From: an uncultured Gammaproteobacteria bacterium
Lineage (GTDB): Bacteria > Pseudomonadota > Gammaproteobacteria > Arenicellales > JAANXG01
Reading direction: 5' to 3'
Length of the DNA stretch: 64,000 bases
Assembly (NCBI GenBank): GCA_947259705.1
Contig: CAMYNL010000002.1
Coordinates: 9,868 to 73,867, forward strand
Shown here: positions 19,088-28,420 of the stretch, one piece after another
Layout of the letters: the number at the start of each line of letters is the position of its first letter
How positions within the stretch are numbered: position 1 is the first letter of the stretch
Made by a program: the position numbers and the translations under genes
Notes under the pieces: generated by a model
What the model was told of the DNA's origin: nothing
Seen by the model: only the letters and a program-made list of their open reading frames with translations
The model's database searches: none

Positions 19088-21676
19088 CTAAGCGGTTGCG
19101 GCGGCCACGGCGCGGCGGCGACCGCGCTGCAGCAAGGCGACCAACGCCAGCAACGCCAGCGCCGGGATGAACATGAGCTGCTTGGGCAGGCGTTCCGTCT
19201 TCACCTCGATGCCGAGTATCTGCCAGTCGAAGTCGAGGCCCGCCTTCTCGGCGGCGCTGCCGAACACCACGTTGTCGACGAAAACCTTGCCTTCCTCCTC
19301 GCGGGTCTCGAGGCCCGCCTCCTGCAGCCGCTGCGCGCCCGGACCGGCCGCGCCCATGGGCAGCATGACAGTCTTCTCCACCAGGTTGCCCTCCAGGGTC
19401 TCGCCCTTCACCGACACCCTCATCATGCCGTTCGGCCTGACCTTCTCCGCCATCTCCACCACCTGGCTGCCGGGCACGGTCTGCAGCGGCGGAAACAGCT
19501 CGTCCCACCAAAAGCCCGGGCGAAACAGGGTGAAGGCCACCAGCAGCAGCACCAGGGTCTCCCACCAGCGGCTCTTGACCAGGAAGAAGCCCTGGGTGGC
19601 GGCGGCGAACGTGAGCATGGCGACGACGGCGGCGCTCACCGTGACCAGCAGGTGGAACAAGCTCTCGATGCCGATCAGCAGCAGCTCGGTGTTGAAGATG
19701 AATATGAACGGCAGGATGGCGGTGCGGATGTCATAGGTGAAGCCCTGGATGCCGGTACGGATGGGGTCGCCGCCGGATATGGCGGCGGCGGCGAAGGCGG
19801 CCAGGCCAACCGGCGGCGTGTCGTCGGCCAGGATGCCGAAGTAGAACACGAACAGGTGCACCGCGATCAGCGGCACGATCAGCCCCGACTCCGCGCCCAG
19901 GGTGACGATCACCGGCGCCATCAGCGTCGATACCACGATGTAGTTGGCGGTGGTGGGCAGGCCCATGCCCAGGATCAGGCTGATGATGGCGGTGAACAGC
20001 AGCATCAGCACCAGGTTGCCGCCGGAGATGAACTCCACGAACTCGGTCATCACCAGCCCGATGCCGGTGAGGGTGACGGTGCCGACGACTATGCCGGCGG
20101 CGGCGGTGGCCACGCCGATGCCGATCATGTTGCGGCCCCCCGCGATCAGCCCGTCCAGCAGGTCCTGCAAGCCGTGGCGCAGCGCCGCGGCCATCTCGCC
20201 CTGCTTGCGCAGCACCACGAACAGGGGCCGCTGGGTGACGACGATGAAGGTCATGAACAGCGCGGCCCAGAAGGCCGACAGTCCCGGCGACAGCCGCTCC
20301 ACGACCAGGCACCACACCAGCACCACCACCGGCAGCAGAAAATACAGCCCGGCCTTGATGGTGGGCCCCGCCTCCGGCAGCTCGTCGATGCGGTGGTTGG
20401 TCTCCAGCTCCGGCACCGTCGCGGCGTAGGCCAGCAGGCCGACATAGGCGGCCACCAGCAGCGCGGTGGCGATCCAGGGGGTGGCATCGCCGGCCACGGT
20501 CTTGATCCAGCCCAGCCCGTAATAGACGATGCCCGACAGGATGATGAGACCGATCACGGTCATCAGGAACGACAACAGGCTTTGGGTCAGGGTGCGCTGG
20601 GTGCGTCTCGGCAGGCCCAGCAGATTGGCCTTGCAGGCCTCCAGGTGGACGATATAGACCAGGGCCACGTAGGAGATGATGGCCGGCAGGAAGGCATGCT
20701 TGATCACCTCCACATAGGAGATACCCACGTACTCCACCATCAGGAAGGCCGCCGCGCCCATGATGGGCGGCGTCAGCTGGCCGTTGGTGGAGGAGGCCAC
20801 CTCCACCGCACCGGCCTTCTCGGCCGGGAACCCCACCCGCATCATCAGCGGGATGGTGAAGGTGCCGGTGGTGACCACGTTGGCGATGGAGGAGCCCGAC
20901 ACCAGCCCGGTCATGCCCGAGGACACCACCGCCGCCTTGGCCGGGCCGCCGCGCATGTGGCCGAGCAGGGCAAAGGCGACGCGGATGAAATAGTTGCCGG
21001 CGCCGGCCTTTTCCAGCAGCGAGCCGAACAGCACGAACAGGAACACCATGGAGGTGGACACGCCAAGGGCGACGCCGTAGACGCCCTCGGTGCTGAGCCA
21101 GTAATGGGACATACCCTTGGACAGGCTGGCGCCCTTGTGGGCGATCACGTCGGGCATGTAGGGACCGGCGAAGGTATACAGGATGAAGACGCTGGCCACC
21201 ACCATCAGCGGCGGGCCCAGGGCGCGCCGGGTGGCCTCCAGCAGCAGCATCATGCCGATAACGCCCACGACCAGATCGAAGGTGGTGGGCAGGCCCGGCC
21301 GCTCCGCGAGTTCGCGGTAGAACAGGAACAGGTAACCGGCACAGAAGGCGCCGACCAGGGCGGTGACCCAGTCCTGCAGCGGGATGTAGTTGCGCGGCGA
21401 GCTCTTGAACGTCGGATAGGCGGTGTAGGCCAGGAAGATGGCGAACGCCAGGTGGATGGACCGCGCCTCGGTGTCGTTGAGCACGCCGAAACCGACCATG
21501 AATGGCAAGGGCGACGCGTACCAAAGCTGAAACAGGGACCACACCAGCGGGATGATCAGCAGCAGCTGGCCGGCGAAACCCGCCGGCGAGCGTGCGCCGG
21601 TGTCCGCCTCGGCGATCATCTCCTGCAGTTCGCTGTCGTCGCTCAGGCTTTCTTCTTGGGTGGGCTTGTCAGTCAT
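19088..21676 (-). CDS. TAXI-type TRAP transporter fused permease (4TM/12TM fusion) with C-terminal DUF3394-like extension
   Basis: About 862 aa polytopic protein. The ATG at 21676 (MTDKPTQEE...) is preferred over the ORF-track start. Its C-terminal 130 aa form a soluble-looking domain plus a final TM. It lies next to a TAXI binding protein. Confidence 0.85.
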   Translation of the reverse strand: MTDKPTQEESLSDDSELQEMIAEADTGARSPAGFAGQLLLIIPLVWSLFQLWYASPLPFMVGFGVLNDTEARSIHLAFAIFLAYTAYPTFKSSPRNYIPLQDWVTALVGAFCAGYLFLFYRELAERPGLPTTFDLVVGVIGMMLLLEATRRALGPPLMVVASVFILYTFAGPYMPDVIAHKGASLSKGMSHYWLSTEGVYGVALGVSTSMVFLFVLFGSLLEKAGAGNYFIRVAFALLGHMRGGPAKAAVVSSGMTGLVSGSSIANVVTTGTFTIPLMMRVGFPAEKAGAVEVASSTNGQLTPPIMGAAAFLMVEYVGISYVEVIKHAFLPAIISYVALVYIVHLEACKANLLGLPRRTQRTLTQSLLSFLMTVIGLIILSGIVYYGLGWIKTVAGDATPWIATALLVAAYVGLLAYAATVPELETNHRIDELPEAGPTIKAGLYFLLPVVVLVWCLVVERLSPGLSAFWAALFMTFIVVTQRPLFVVLRKQGEMAAALRHGLQDLLDGLIAGGRNMIGIGVATAAAGIVVGTVTLTGIGLVMTEFVEFISGGNLVLMLLFTAIISLILGMGLPTTANYIVVSTLMAPVIVTLGAESGLIVPLIAVHLFVFYFGILADDTPPVGLAAFAAAAISGGDPIRTGIQGFTYDIRTAILPFIFIFNTELLLIGIESLFHLLVTVSAAVVAMLTFAAATQGFFLVKSRWWETLVLLLVAFTLFRPGFWWDELFPPLQTVPGSQVVEMAEKVRPNGMMRVSVKGETLEGNLVEKTVMLPMGAAGPGAQRLQEAGLETREEEGKVFVDNVVFGSAAEKAGLDFDWQILGIEVKTERLPKQLMFIPALALLALVALLQRGRRRAVAAATA

Positions 21677-21918
21677 GGCGTGGCCACTCTTCCGGTGAAC
21701 GCGCCCGGAACGGGCGCCACCGCGCCAAGCCGGCATGCCGGCGACGGATGGAGCCGATCCAGGTCGAAGGTTGGTTGATATGCAGCGGGCGCCCGCGCCC
21801 GCATACACGCACCCGCCGGGCGGATCCTTGAGCCGGCGCGGTCGGGTTTCGCGATGCAAACATCGAATCACCGCTGCCGGGGGACGACGGCAGTCGTCCC
21901 CCGTCGCGATTCATCGAA

Positions 21919-22899
21919 CTACATCAGGCCTGCTTCCTTGTAGTACTTGGCGGCCCCGTCATGCAGCGGCGCCGACAAGCCATCCTTGATCATCTCTTTC
22001 TTGTCGAGATTCGCAAACGCCGGGTGCAGTTTCTTGAAATCGTCGAAGTTCTCGAACACCGACTTCACCACCACGTAGACGGTGTCGGCCGGGGTCTTGG
22101 TGGTGCTGACGAAGGTGGCGCCGACGCCGAAGGTGACGGTATCGCCGTCGTTGCCCATGTACATGCCGCCGGGGATGACGGCCTTGCGGTAGTAAGCGTT
22201 CTCACTCACCAGCTTGTCTATGGCGGGGCCATCCACCGCCACCAGCACGGTGTCGCAGGAGGTGGTGGCCTCCTTGATGGAACCGCTGGGGTGGCCGACC
22301 GTGAAAACGATGGCGTCGACCTTGTTGTCGCACAGCGCGGAGGCCTGCTCGGCGGACTTCAGCTCCGAGGCCAGCGAAAAATCGGACGTCTTCCAGCCCA
22401 GGGTGTTCATCACCACCTCCATGGTGCCGCGCTGCCCGGAGCCCGGGTTGCCCACATTGACCCGCTTGCCCTTGAGGTCGGAAAACTTCTTGATCCCTGC
22501 ATCGGCGCGCGCCAGTACCGTGAACGGCTCCGGATGCACCGAGAACACGGCACGCAGGTCCTTGTTGGCGCCCGCGTCCTGGAACTTGCTGGTGCCGTTG
22601 TAGGCATGATACTGCCAGTCGGACTGGGCCACGCCCATGTCCAGCTCACCGGTACGGATGGCGTTGAGGTTATAAACCGAGCCGCCGGTGCTCTCCACCG
22701 AACAGCGTACGCCGTGGTCTTTGCGGCCCTTGTTGACCAGGCGGCAGATGGCGCCGCCGGTGGGATAGTAGACCCCGGTCACGCCACCAGTACCGATGGT
22801 GATGAAGGTGTCCGCCGCTTGTACGCTGGGGGCGGAAAAAACCGCCATCGACCCGACCAGGGCAGCCACCAGCGGCATCTTGATCTTGTTATGCAACAT
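21919..22899 (-). CDS. TAXI family TRAP transporter solute-binding protein
   Basis: 326 aa with signal peptide and [26 protein letters not shown], the TAXI signature. Confidence 0.9.
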   Translation of the reverse strand: MLHNKIKMPLVAALVGSMAVFSAPSVQAADTFITIGTGGVTGVYYPTGGAICRLVNKGRKDHGVRCSVESTGGSVYNLNAIRTGELDMGVAQSDWQYHAYNGTSKFQDAGANKDLRAVFSVHPEPFTVLARADAGIKKFSDLKGKRVNVGNPGSGQRGTMEVVMNTLGWKTSDFSLASELKSAEQASALCDNKVDAIVFTVGHPSGSIKEATTSCDTVLVAVDGPAIDKLVSENAYYRKAVIPGGMYMGNDGDTVTFGVGATFVSTTKTPADTVYVVVKSVFENFDDFKKLHPAFANLDKKEMIKDGLSAPLHDGAAKYYKEAGLM

Positions 22900-23082
22900 G
22901 CTTTCCTCCTGTGGATTTTACTCAGACTTCACCGGGATATTGGCACCCCGTTGCGGCTAACTTAGCACTATGGTCGCGACGGGTCCACCGTTCGCGGAAC
23001 GACCATTTTAAGCGGCTTGACGTCTCAGTCGTGTTTCAACTTCCCCGCGCGTCGTTTCAGTTTTATCCACGCGGCCGGGGCC

Positions 23083-23670
23083 TCAGCCCCGGGAGGTGAG
23101 TGCGGCAGGGGTATTCACATCCAGCAGAACACCCTCGTCGTCGCATTCCAGGCGCTGCAGCAGGGCCGCATCCCGCGCCACGATGTCGCGTGCGCCGCGA
23201 TCGCCGCTTAGCGTCAGCAATTCGTCGCGGTAAGCCGCCGAAAACGCCACCGGGTTTCCGCGGCGACCATGATGGCAGGGTGCCGCCAGGGCCGCACCCT
23301 GCCGCAGGCTATCGCGCAGCATGGCGACGGTTTGCGCCCGCACCCAGGGCATGTCGGCCAGCGCGATGATCCAGCCCGCGGCCTGCCTGCTGGCCTGCAC
23401 ACCGCAGGCGATACTGTGCCCCATCCCCTGGTCCGCCGCCGCACAGGGACACAGCGTCACGCCGACGGATGCATCACCGAGCGCTTCCTTCAACAGCTCG
23501 ATCAGTTGCCGCTGCCGCGGCCGCACCACCACCGTTACTGCCTCCAGTTCCGCGGTCAGCGCCGCCAACGACGCCAGGACCATGGGTCGTCCGTCAGCCA
23601 GCGATGCGAGCAATTTGTCGCCGCCGAAGCGGGCGCCGCGGCCCGCCGCCAGCAGCACGCCGCTGATCAC
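23083..23670 (-). CDS. MobA-like nucleotidyltransferase (molybdenum cofactor cytidylyltransferase MocA-like)
   Basis: 195 aa with the N-terminal NTP-transferase motif GVLLAAGRGARFGGDKLL. Its start overlaps the XdhC stop. Confidence 0.75.
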   Translation of the reverse strand: MISGVLLAAGRGARFGGDKLLASLADGRPMVLASLAALTAELEAVTVVVRPRQRQLIELLKEALGDASVGVTLCPCAAADQGMGHSIACGVQASRQAAGWIIALADMPWVRAQTVAMLRDSLRQGAALAAPCHHGRRGNPVAFSAAYRDELLTLSGDRGARDIVARDAALLQRLECDDEGVLLDVNTPAALTSRG

Positions 23671-24653
23671 GCCGGCCCGGCTCCGTCGACCTCCGCCGAC
23701 GTCGATGCCGCGGCCCCGGGGCGGTGGCGGGCCGCGGTGATGGCGGCCATGATGGAGACCGCGATCTCGGGTGGCGAGCGGCCGCCGAGGGGAAGGCCCA
23801 CCGGGCTTTGCAGCCGCGCCAGCTCGGCCTCGTCGAGGCCGAAGTGCCGGCGCAGGCGGTCGAGCCGCTTGGCGCTGTTGCCCCGCGAGGCCAGTGCGCC
23901 GACATAAAAAGCAGGTGAACGCAGTGCCTCCATCAACGCCAGGTCATCCAGGTTGGGTTCATGACTGAGGGCCAGCACCGCGGTCCGGCGGTCCGGCTGC
24001 AGGGTCGCCACCACCTCGTCCGGCGAGTCGGCCAGCAGGGTGACCGATTGGTCCTGCCAGTTCTGCCGGTAGCTGGCGCGCGACTCGCAGACCATGACCT
24101 GGTAACCCAGCATGCCCGCCATCGCCGCCACGTAGCCGGTGAGCTGGTTGGCGCCGATCACCAGGATCCGCCAGCGCGGCCCGAAGACCTGGACCAGCTG
24201 CTCGTCGTTACAGTTCATGTCCTCGTCACGGCCCGCCGGCTCGCAGTGCGCGCTGCCGGTGCGCAGGTCCAGGCAGCGCCGCACCACCCGCCGCTGGGTC
24301 AGCGCATCAACCGCCGCCTGCAGCGTATCCACGGCTTGCACCGGCTCCACCACCAGCTCGATGGTGCCGCCGCAGGGGAGCCCGAAGCGCGCCATCTGCT
24401 CGGCCTCGACACCGATGCTGACGCGCTCCGGCACGGCGGGGGCGGTGTCGTTGATGCGGTCGGTCAGCTCCTTCTCGATGCAACCTCCCGACACCGACCC
24501 GACGAAACGGCCGTCGTCACACACGGCCATCATGGCGCCCGGGGGCCGTGGGGAAGAGCCGAACGTCGCCACCACGGTGACCAGGTAGACGCGCCGCTGC
24601 GCGCGCATCCAGGCCAGCGCGGCATCGAGGACCTCGATCTCGACACCCTGCAT
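23667..24653 (-). CDS. XdhC/CoxI family molybdoenzyme maturation factor
   Basis: 328 aa. VYLVTVVATFGSSPRPPGAMMAV...GSVSGGCIE is followed by a Rossmann-like ILVIGANQLTGYVAAMAG. Confidence 0.8.
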   Translation of the reverse strand: MQGVEIEVLDAALAWMRAQRRVYLVTVVATFGSSPRPPGAMMAVCDDGRFVGSVSGGCIEKELTDRINDTAPAVPERVSIGVEAEQMARFGLPCGGTIELVVEPVQAVDTLQAAVDALTQRRVVRRCLDLRTGSAHCEPAGRDEDMNCNDEQLVQVFGPRWRILVIGANQLTGYVAAMAGMLGYQVMVCESRASYRQNWQDQSVTLLADSPDEVVATLQPDRRTAVLALSHEPNLDDLALMEALRSPAFYVGALASRGNSAKRLDRLRRHFGLDEAELARLQSPVGLPLGGRSPPEIAVSIMAAITAARHRPGAAASTSAEVDGAGPA

Positions 24654-24754
24654 GGTCTAACCCGTGTGTTGCACCAAGGCGGCGAAAAGAGGCGCCGACA
24701 TACTGTTTGGCATGTACATGTTTAACACAGTGCAGTATGACTCCGCATGTCCGG

Positions 24755-24862
24755 GAAAAAGTGGGGTCAGATCCGACTTACCGTGACGTCATCGGTCCAG
24801 CTGGCAGCCGCAAGGCTGTTCTCAAATAAGTGGGATCTGACCCCACTTTTGGAGTCGTGACT
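24755..24862. repeat. palindromic repeat element (REP/MITE-like), second and larger copy. It probably also acts as terminator of the quinoprotein operon.
   Basis: aaaagtggggtcagatcc (24757-24774) and its inverted partner gggatctgaccccactttt (24832-24850) flank about 57 bp. It is followed by ggagtcgtgact, which is identical to 11999-12010. The left end gaaaaagtggggtc is identical to 11985-11998. Confidence 0.6.
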
Positions 24863-24872
24863 ACGGCCCCGC

Positions 24873-25427
24873 CTACTGCCCGAGCAGGCGCAGAAAGGGG
24901 CCGGCTTCGGGATGGTTCTGGGCGGCGGCCTTGCGCAGCCACCGCGCGGCCTGCTCGAGGTCCGCGGCGGTCGCCTTCTCGGGCCCGGCGCCGTAGGCGG
25001 TCGCCAGCATCACGCCCAGGTTGAACTGGGCGTCCTTGTCGCCCTGCTCGGCGGCCTTGCGGAACCAGTCGGCGGCGGTCCGGTTGTCGCGCGCCACGCC
25101 CAGGCCCTTCTCGTAGGCCAGGCCCAGGTTGAGCTGGGCCACCGGGTCCCCGAGCTCCGCCGCCTTGCGCAGCCACTCGGCCGCCTTGGCCCGGTCCTGC
25201 GCCACGCCCTGCCCCTGCTCATACATATTGGCCAGGTTATTCATGGCGGTGGTGTTGCCGCGTTCGGCCAGCGACAGCCACAACTCGCGGGCCTGTTCGT
25301 AATCGCCCGCCTTGTAGACGGCGTAGGCCTTGAGCGACTCCACGGCCTCGCTGCTGCTGCGGTCGGGGCCCGCATGCACGGTCCCCAGCAGCAGCCAAGA
25401 CAGACAGAAAAACAGTACTCGCATCAC
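24873..25427 (-). CDS. Sel1-repeat (TPR-like) periplasmic protein
   Basis: 184 aa with signal peptide and repeated units A..NL(A/G).(M/A)Y..G.GV..D...A..W(L/F)RKAAE.G. Confidence 0.8.
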   Translation of the reverse strand: MMRVLFFCLSWLLLGTVHAGPDRSSSEAVESLKAYAVYKAGDYEQARELWLSLAERGNTTAMNNLANMYEQGQGVAQDRAKAAEWLRKAAELGDPVAQLNLGLAYEKGLGVARDNRTAADWFRKAAEQGDKDAQFNLGVMLATAYGAGPEKATAADLEQAARWLRKAAAQNHPEAGPFLRLLGQ

Positions 25428-25445
25428 ATCCTCCTCGATCCTCGC

Positions 25446-26000
25446 TCAGGGTGTTCCGGCATCGCCGATGGGCACCGGGGTTGCTTCCACCACTGGCTGA
25501 CCGTGTTGCTCCCACTCGTCGGTGCCGCCGCGGTACCAGTAGAGGTTACGATAGCCGTAGGCCGCCGCCCGCTGCACCGCGTTCCATGACATCCAGCAGT
25601 CCAGCACACAATAAAACACCACGGCGCGTCCCGGGTCGCCGGCGGTCAACTGCCGCAGGCTATCACGAAAGTATCGCTCCATCCTTGGTTCCAGCTCACC
25701 GAAGCCGACGTTGGGAAGCCAGGCGCTGCCGGCGATGTGATAGCGCACCGTGGCCGGCAGCCACTCCATGCCGAACTCCCGGGTCTCGGGCCTGACCACC
25801 ACCGGCTGCACATCGATCAGCACCGGGTCGGCATCGCGCATCAGGGACAACAGCTGCCCGGTGCCGAGGGTTTGCGCATGGGGTACGGTCAGCGGCGTGG
25901 GAGCGCGGTAGCGCTCCATGCGCAGGCCCTGCGGTCCGATGTGTTCCAACGCAGCGGGGTCGGCCGGCGCCGCCGGCGGGTACGCCAGCCAGCAGGCCAT
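25446..26000 (-). CDS. PQQ-dependent catabolism-associated CXXCW-motif (rhodanese-like) protein
   Basis: VVFYCVLDCWMSWNAVQRAAAYGYRNLYWYRGGTDEW carries the C-x-x-C-W motif. The start is uncertain because a signal-peptide-like in-frame extension runs upstream without an ATG/GTG/TTG start. Confidence 0.75.
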   Translation of the reverse strand: MACWLAYPPAAPADPAALEHIGPQGLRMERYRAPTPLTVPHAQTLGTGQLLSLMRDADPVLIDVQPVVVRPETREFGMEWLPATVRYHIAGSAWLPNVGFGELEPRMERYFRDSLRQLTAGDPGRAVVFYCVLDCWMSWNAVQRAAAYGYRNLYWYRGGTDEWEQHGQPVVEATPVPIGDAGTP

Positions 26001-26050
26001 TGCCGGCCACAGGCATCGTGCCAGGCGGGCGGTCGCCGCGGCCGATGGTA

Positions 26051-26992
26051 TCAGTTGGACACCCGCGGCAGCTCGCGCCGCTCGCGCTGAGGATAAAGAT
26101 GGCTCACGGAGCGATGAAACTCCGCCGGCATCACGCTCAAGGCATCGAATTCGCCGGGCAAGGGTGTGTAGAGCAATTCGGCCATGTCCACGCCGCTTCG
26201 CGCCGCGGTGTTCAGGGTCTGTTCCAGCCAGTCCAGGTAGCCGCGGGTCTGCATGACCGGGTGCAGGTCCCGGGTCACCGGTCCATGGCCCGGTACCAGT
26301 ACCTCGACCGGCAAGGCCTGGATACGCCGCAACGATCGCAGCCAGATATCCAGCTCCGCATGGGGGGTGGTGGGCGCGCGGTCGTGGAACACCAGGTCGC
26401 CGGCGAACAGGACCCCGGTGGCGTGGTCCAGCAGCATCAGGTCGTCCGGGGTATGACCGCCACCGGCGATCACCTGCAGGCGACGGCTGCCGAAGCTCAG
26501 TTCGCCCTCGTCAATGGCCTCGTCCGGCCGCACGGCTTCGGTACCGCGCATCCAGCTGCCCGCCAGGCGGTACATGTTGTCGGTGAAGGCATTGGCCTGG
26601 CTGCGTATGCCGTCAATGGTGCCGGCCAGCGCCAGGATCGGCACGTCGTCGTAGGCCTGGTTGCCGAGGAAGTGGTCGGGATGCATGTGAGTGATAAAAA
26701 CGCGGATGACGGGCAGGTCCGTGACCTTGGTGATGGCGGCGCGCATCTGTTCGCCATACAGCCGCGAGGGACCCGAGTCGATAACCACCACCCCGACCTC
26801 GGTGACGATGAAACCGGTGTTGACGATATTGCCGCCGTTGTCGAAGGAGAAGTCCTCATTGGCCCCCTGGAAAACGTAGGTGTCGGCGGCCACCTTGACC
26901 GGCTGCAGCCCATAGTCGAGATCCGCGGCGGCGGCGCTCCACGCCGAAAACATCGCCAGCAGCGCCAGCGCGAGTCTAAGGTGCCACCGCAT
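26051..26992 (-). CDS. quinoprotein relay system zinc metallohydrolase (MBL fold)
   Basis: 313 aa with signal peptide and the metallo-beta-lactamase motif ITHMHPDHFLGN (HxHxDH). Confidence 0.8.
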   Translation of the reverse strand: MRWHLRLALALLAMFSAWSAAAADLDYGLQPVKVAADTYVFQGANEDFSFDNGGNIVNTGFIVTEVGVVVIDSGPSRLYGEQMRAAITKVTDLPVIRVFITHMHPDHFLGNQAYDDVPILALAGTIDGIRSQANAFTDNMYRLAGSWMRGTEAVRPDEAIDEGELSFGSRRLQVIAGGGHTPDDLMLLDHATGVLFAGDLVFHDRAPTTPHAELDIWLRSLRRIQALPVEVLVPGHGPVTRDLHPVMQTRGYLDWLEQTLNTAARSGVDMAELLYTPLPGEFDALSVMPAEFHRSVSHLYPQRERRELPRVSN

Positions 26993-27810
26993 CAGCGCGC
27001 GGCGCCGCTGGCGGCCTTGCCCGCTGCGGCCGGCGGCGGAACGCTGGCGCGAAATCGATTACCGTTGTTGTCGCGGCCGCGGATCTGCACCGCGCCGCGG
27101 CCGGGCAGGTCGAGCGTGAACACTGGATTTTCCGACACCGGTTCGAAAGGCCTGATCTCCGCCAGCAGCTGGTCCTGGTCCCTGATCTCGATGTTTTCGA
27201 CGTGGAACACCGGGATGCCACTCGCCAGTCCCGTGTCCATGGGGTGGATGACATCGAAGCGTAGCCGACTTTGTTCCGCGCCGCGGTCCCACAGCCGGCC
27301 ATGTACCTGCCCCAGGCGCGCCACCCAGTCGGCGCCGCCGCTGCCCACGCTTGGCGCAGTGCAGCCGCCACCGGCGGCGTCCACCCACACGCCCCCCACG
27401 TGCCACACCTTGTCGTCAGCGGTGAGTACCGCCGCCCGGATCGGCGTGGATTGCTGCAACTTGACCCGAAAGCCGATGCGGGCGCGCGACTCCCGGGGAT
27501 AGAACTCCAACACCTTGGGCAGCGGATTCAGGTCCGCGATCACCAGGATCTTTTCGACCCGCCCCAGCGCACCGGCGTCCACCAGCACCGGCACCTCCAG
27601 GGAGTTCTCCGCGGCCTGCGGCGCCAGCACCAACACCCGGTTGTCGAACACCACCGGCCGGCCGGCCAGGTAAAGACCGTACATGTTTTCCCACTGCACC
27701 GAACGCAACGGATCGGCGGGCGGTGCTTCACCGGCCACCCCCCCGGTCGCCGAAAGCAGTGCCGCCGCCAGCAGCGGGGCCCGGATGGCAATACTCGAGA
27801 AGATCTTCAT
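26992..27810 (-). CDS. quinoprotein dehydrogenase-associated SoxYZ-like carrier
   Basis: 272 aa from the ATG at 27810 (MKIFSS...). A SoxY-like half ends in VDAAGGGC (Cys codon 27361-27363), followed by a SoxZ-like half. Confidence 0.7.
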   Translation of the reverse strand: MKIFSSIAIRAPLLAAALLSATGGVAGEAPPADPLRSVQWENMYGLYLAGRPVVFDNRVLVLAPQAAENSLEVPVLVDAGALGRVEKILVIADLNPLPKVLEFYPRESRARIGFRVKLQQSTPIRAAVLTADDKVWHVGGVWVDAAGGGCTAPSVGSGGADWVARLGQVHGRLWDRGAEQSRLRFDVIHPMDTGLASGIPVFHVENIEIRDQDQLLAEIRPFEPVSENPVFTLDLPGRGAVQIRGRDNNGNRFRASVPPPAAAGKAASGAAR

Positions 27811-27844
27811 CACCTTACTTAGACGCGCTAGAGCACGATAGTTG

Positions 27845-28399
27845 CTAGCGGATGCTGATGCGCCGCGGCCAGTGCCGGTCGCTGGCGGGATAGAGCTCGG
27901 CACGCTTGATGGGCCGCAGGTCGCCGTCTTCGGGCGGCGACGCCAGCACGTTGAGGTCGGTCTCGCGCAGCTCGCCCTCGAACCCGTCCGCGGTCATGCG
28001 CAGCGCGAAATAAAGCCCGTTCCAGGCGTTGATGCCGTACTCCTCCGGGGTCTTGTGCAGGAACAACAGGTCGTATTCCAGGTCGGTAAGGTCGGCGGGG
28101 GTGACGAGGCGTTGGTTCTCATAGGGATACGGCAAGTGGCAGATCACCTGGGCCGGGTGCGGCAGGCACTTGAACGGTCGCATGGACAGGAACTGGTCCT
28201 CGAACCTGCTTTCGTCGAGCCGCACCTGGAAACGGTAGCCGTCGCCTTCGGGCGTCAGCATCACCCGGCCCAGCTCGATCGGCTCGCCTTGTTCCGGATG
28301 CAGGCGGATGGTGAGTTCCGGGCCCAGGGCCGCGGCGCCGGCGACCGCCGTGGGCAGCAGCAGGCAGGCCGCAAGCAGTGTCTGTCGGACGATGCTCAT
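27845..28399 (-). CDS. hypothetical periplasmic protein embedded in the quinoprotein operon
   Basis: 184 aa with signal peptide MSIVRQTLLAACLLLPTAVAGAAA. I recognise no motif. It is tightly spaced with its neighbours. Confidence 0.6.
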   Translation of the reverse strand: MSIVRQTLLAACLLLPTAVAGAAALGPELTIRLHPEQGEPIELGRVMLTPEGDGYRFQVRLDESRFEDQFLSMRPFKCLPHPAQVICHLPYPYENQRLVTPADLTDLEYDLLFLHKTPEEYGINAWNGLYFALRMTADGFEGELRETDLNVLASPPEDGDLRPIKRAELYPASDRHWPRRISIR

Positions 28400-28420
28400 G
28401 TCGCTGCGGATCCGCCGCCA

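Noticed and set aside
18563-21778. 1071-aa ORF on the plus strand, the longest in the window
   Set aside because: It is antisense to usp and the TRAP fused permease, both of which have clear family signatures. The translation is an H/G/R/D/Q-rich repeat-like string with no domain features.
22941-22954. TGGCACCCCGTTGC, a sigma-54-like sequence in the TAXI/MocA intergenic region
   Set aside because: The spacer is one nt too short (N4 between TGGCAC and TTGC). It also points on the + strand into the 3' end of a minus-strand gene, so there is no gene to drive.
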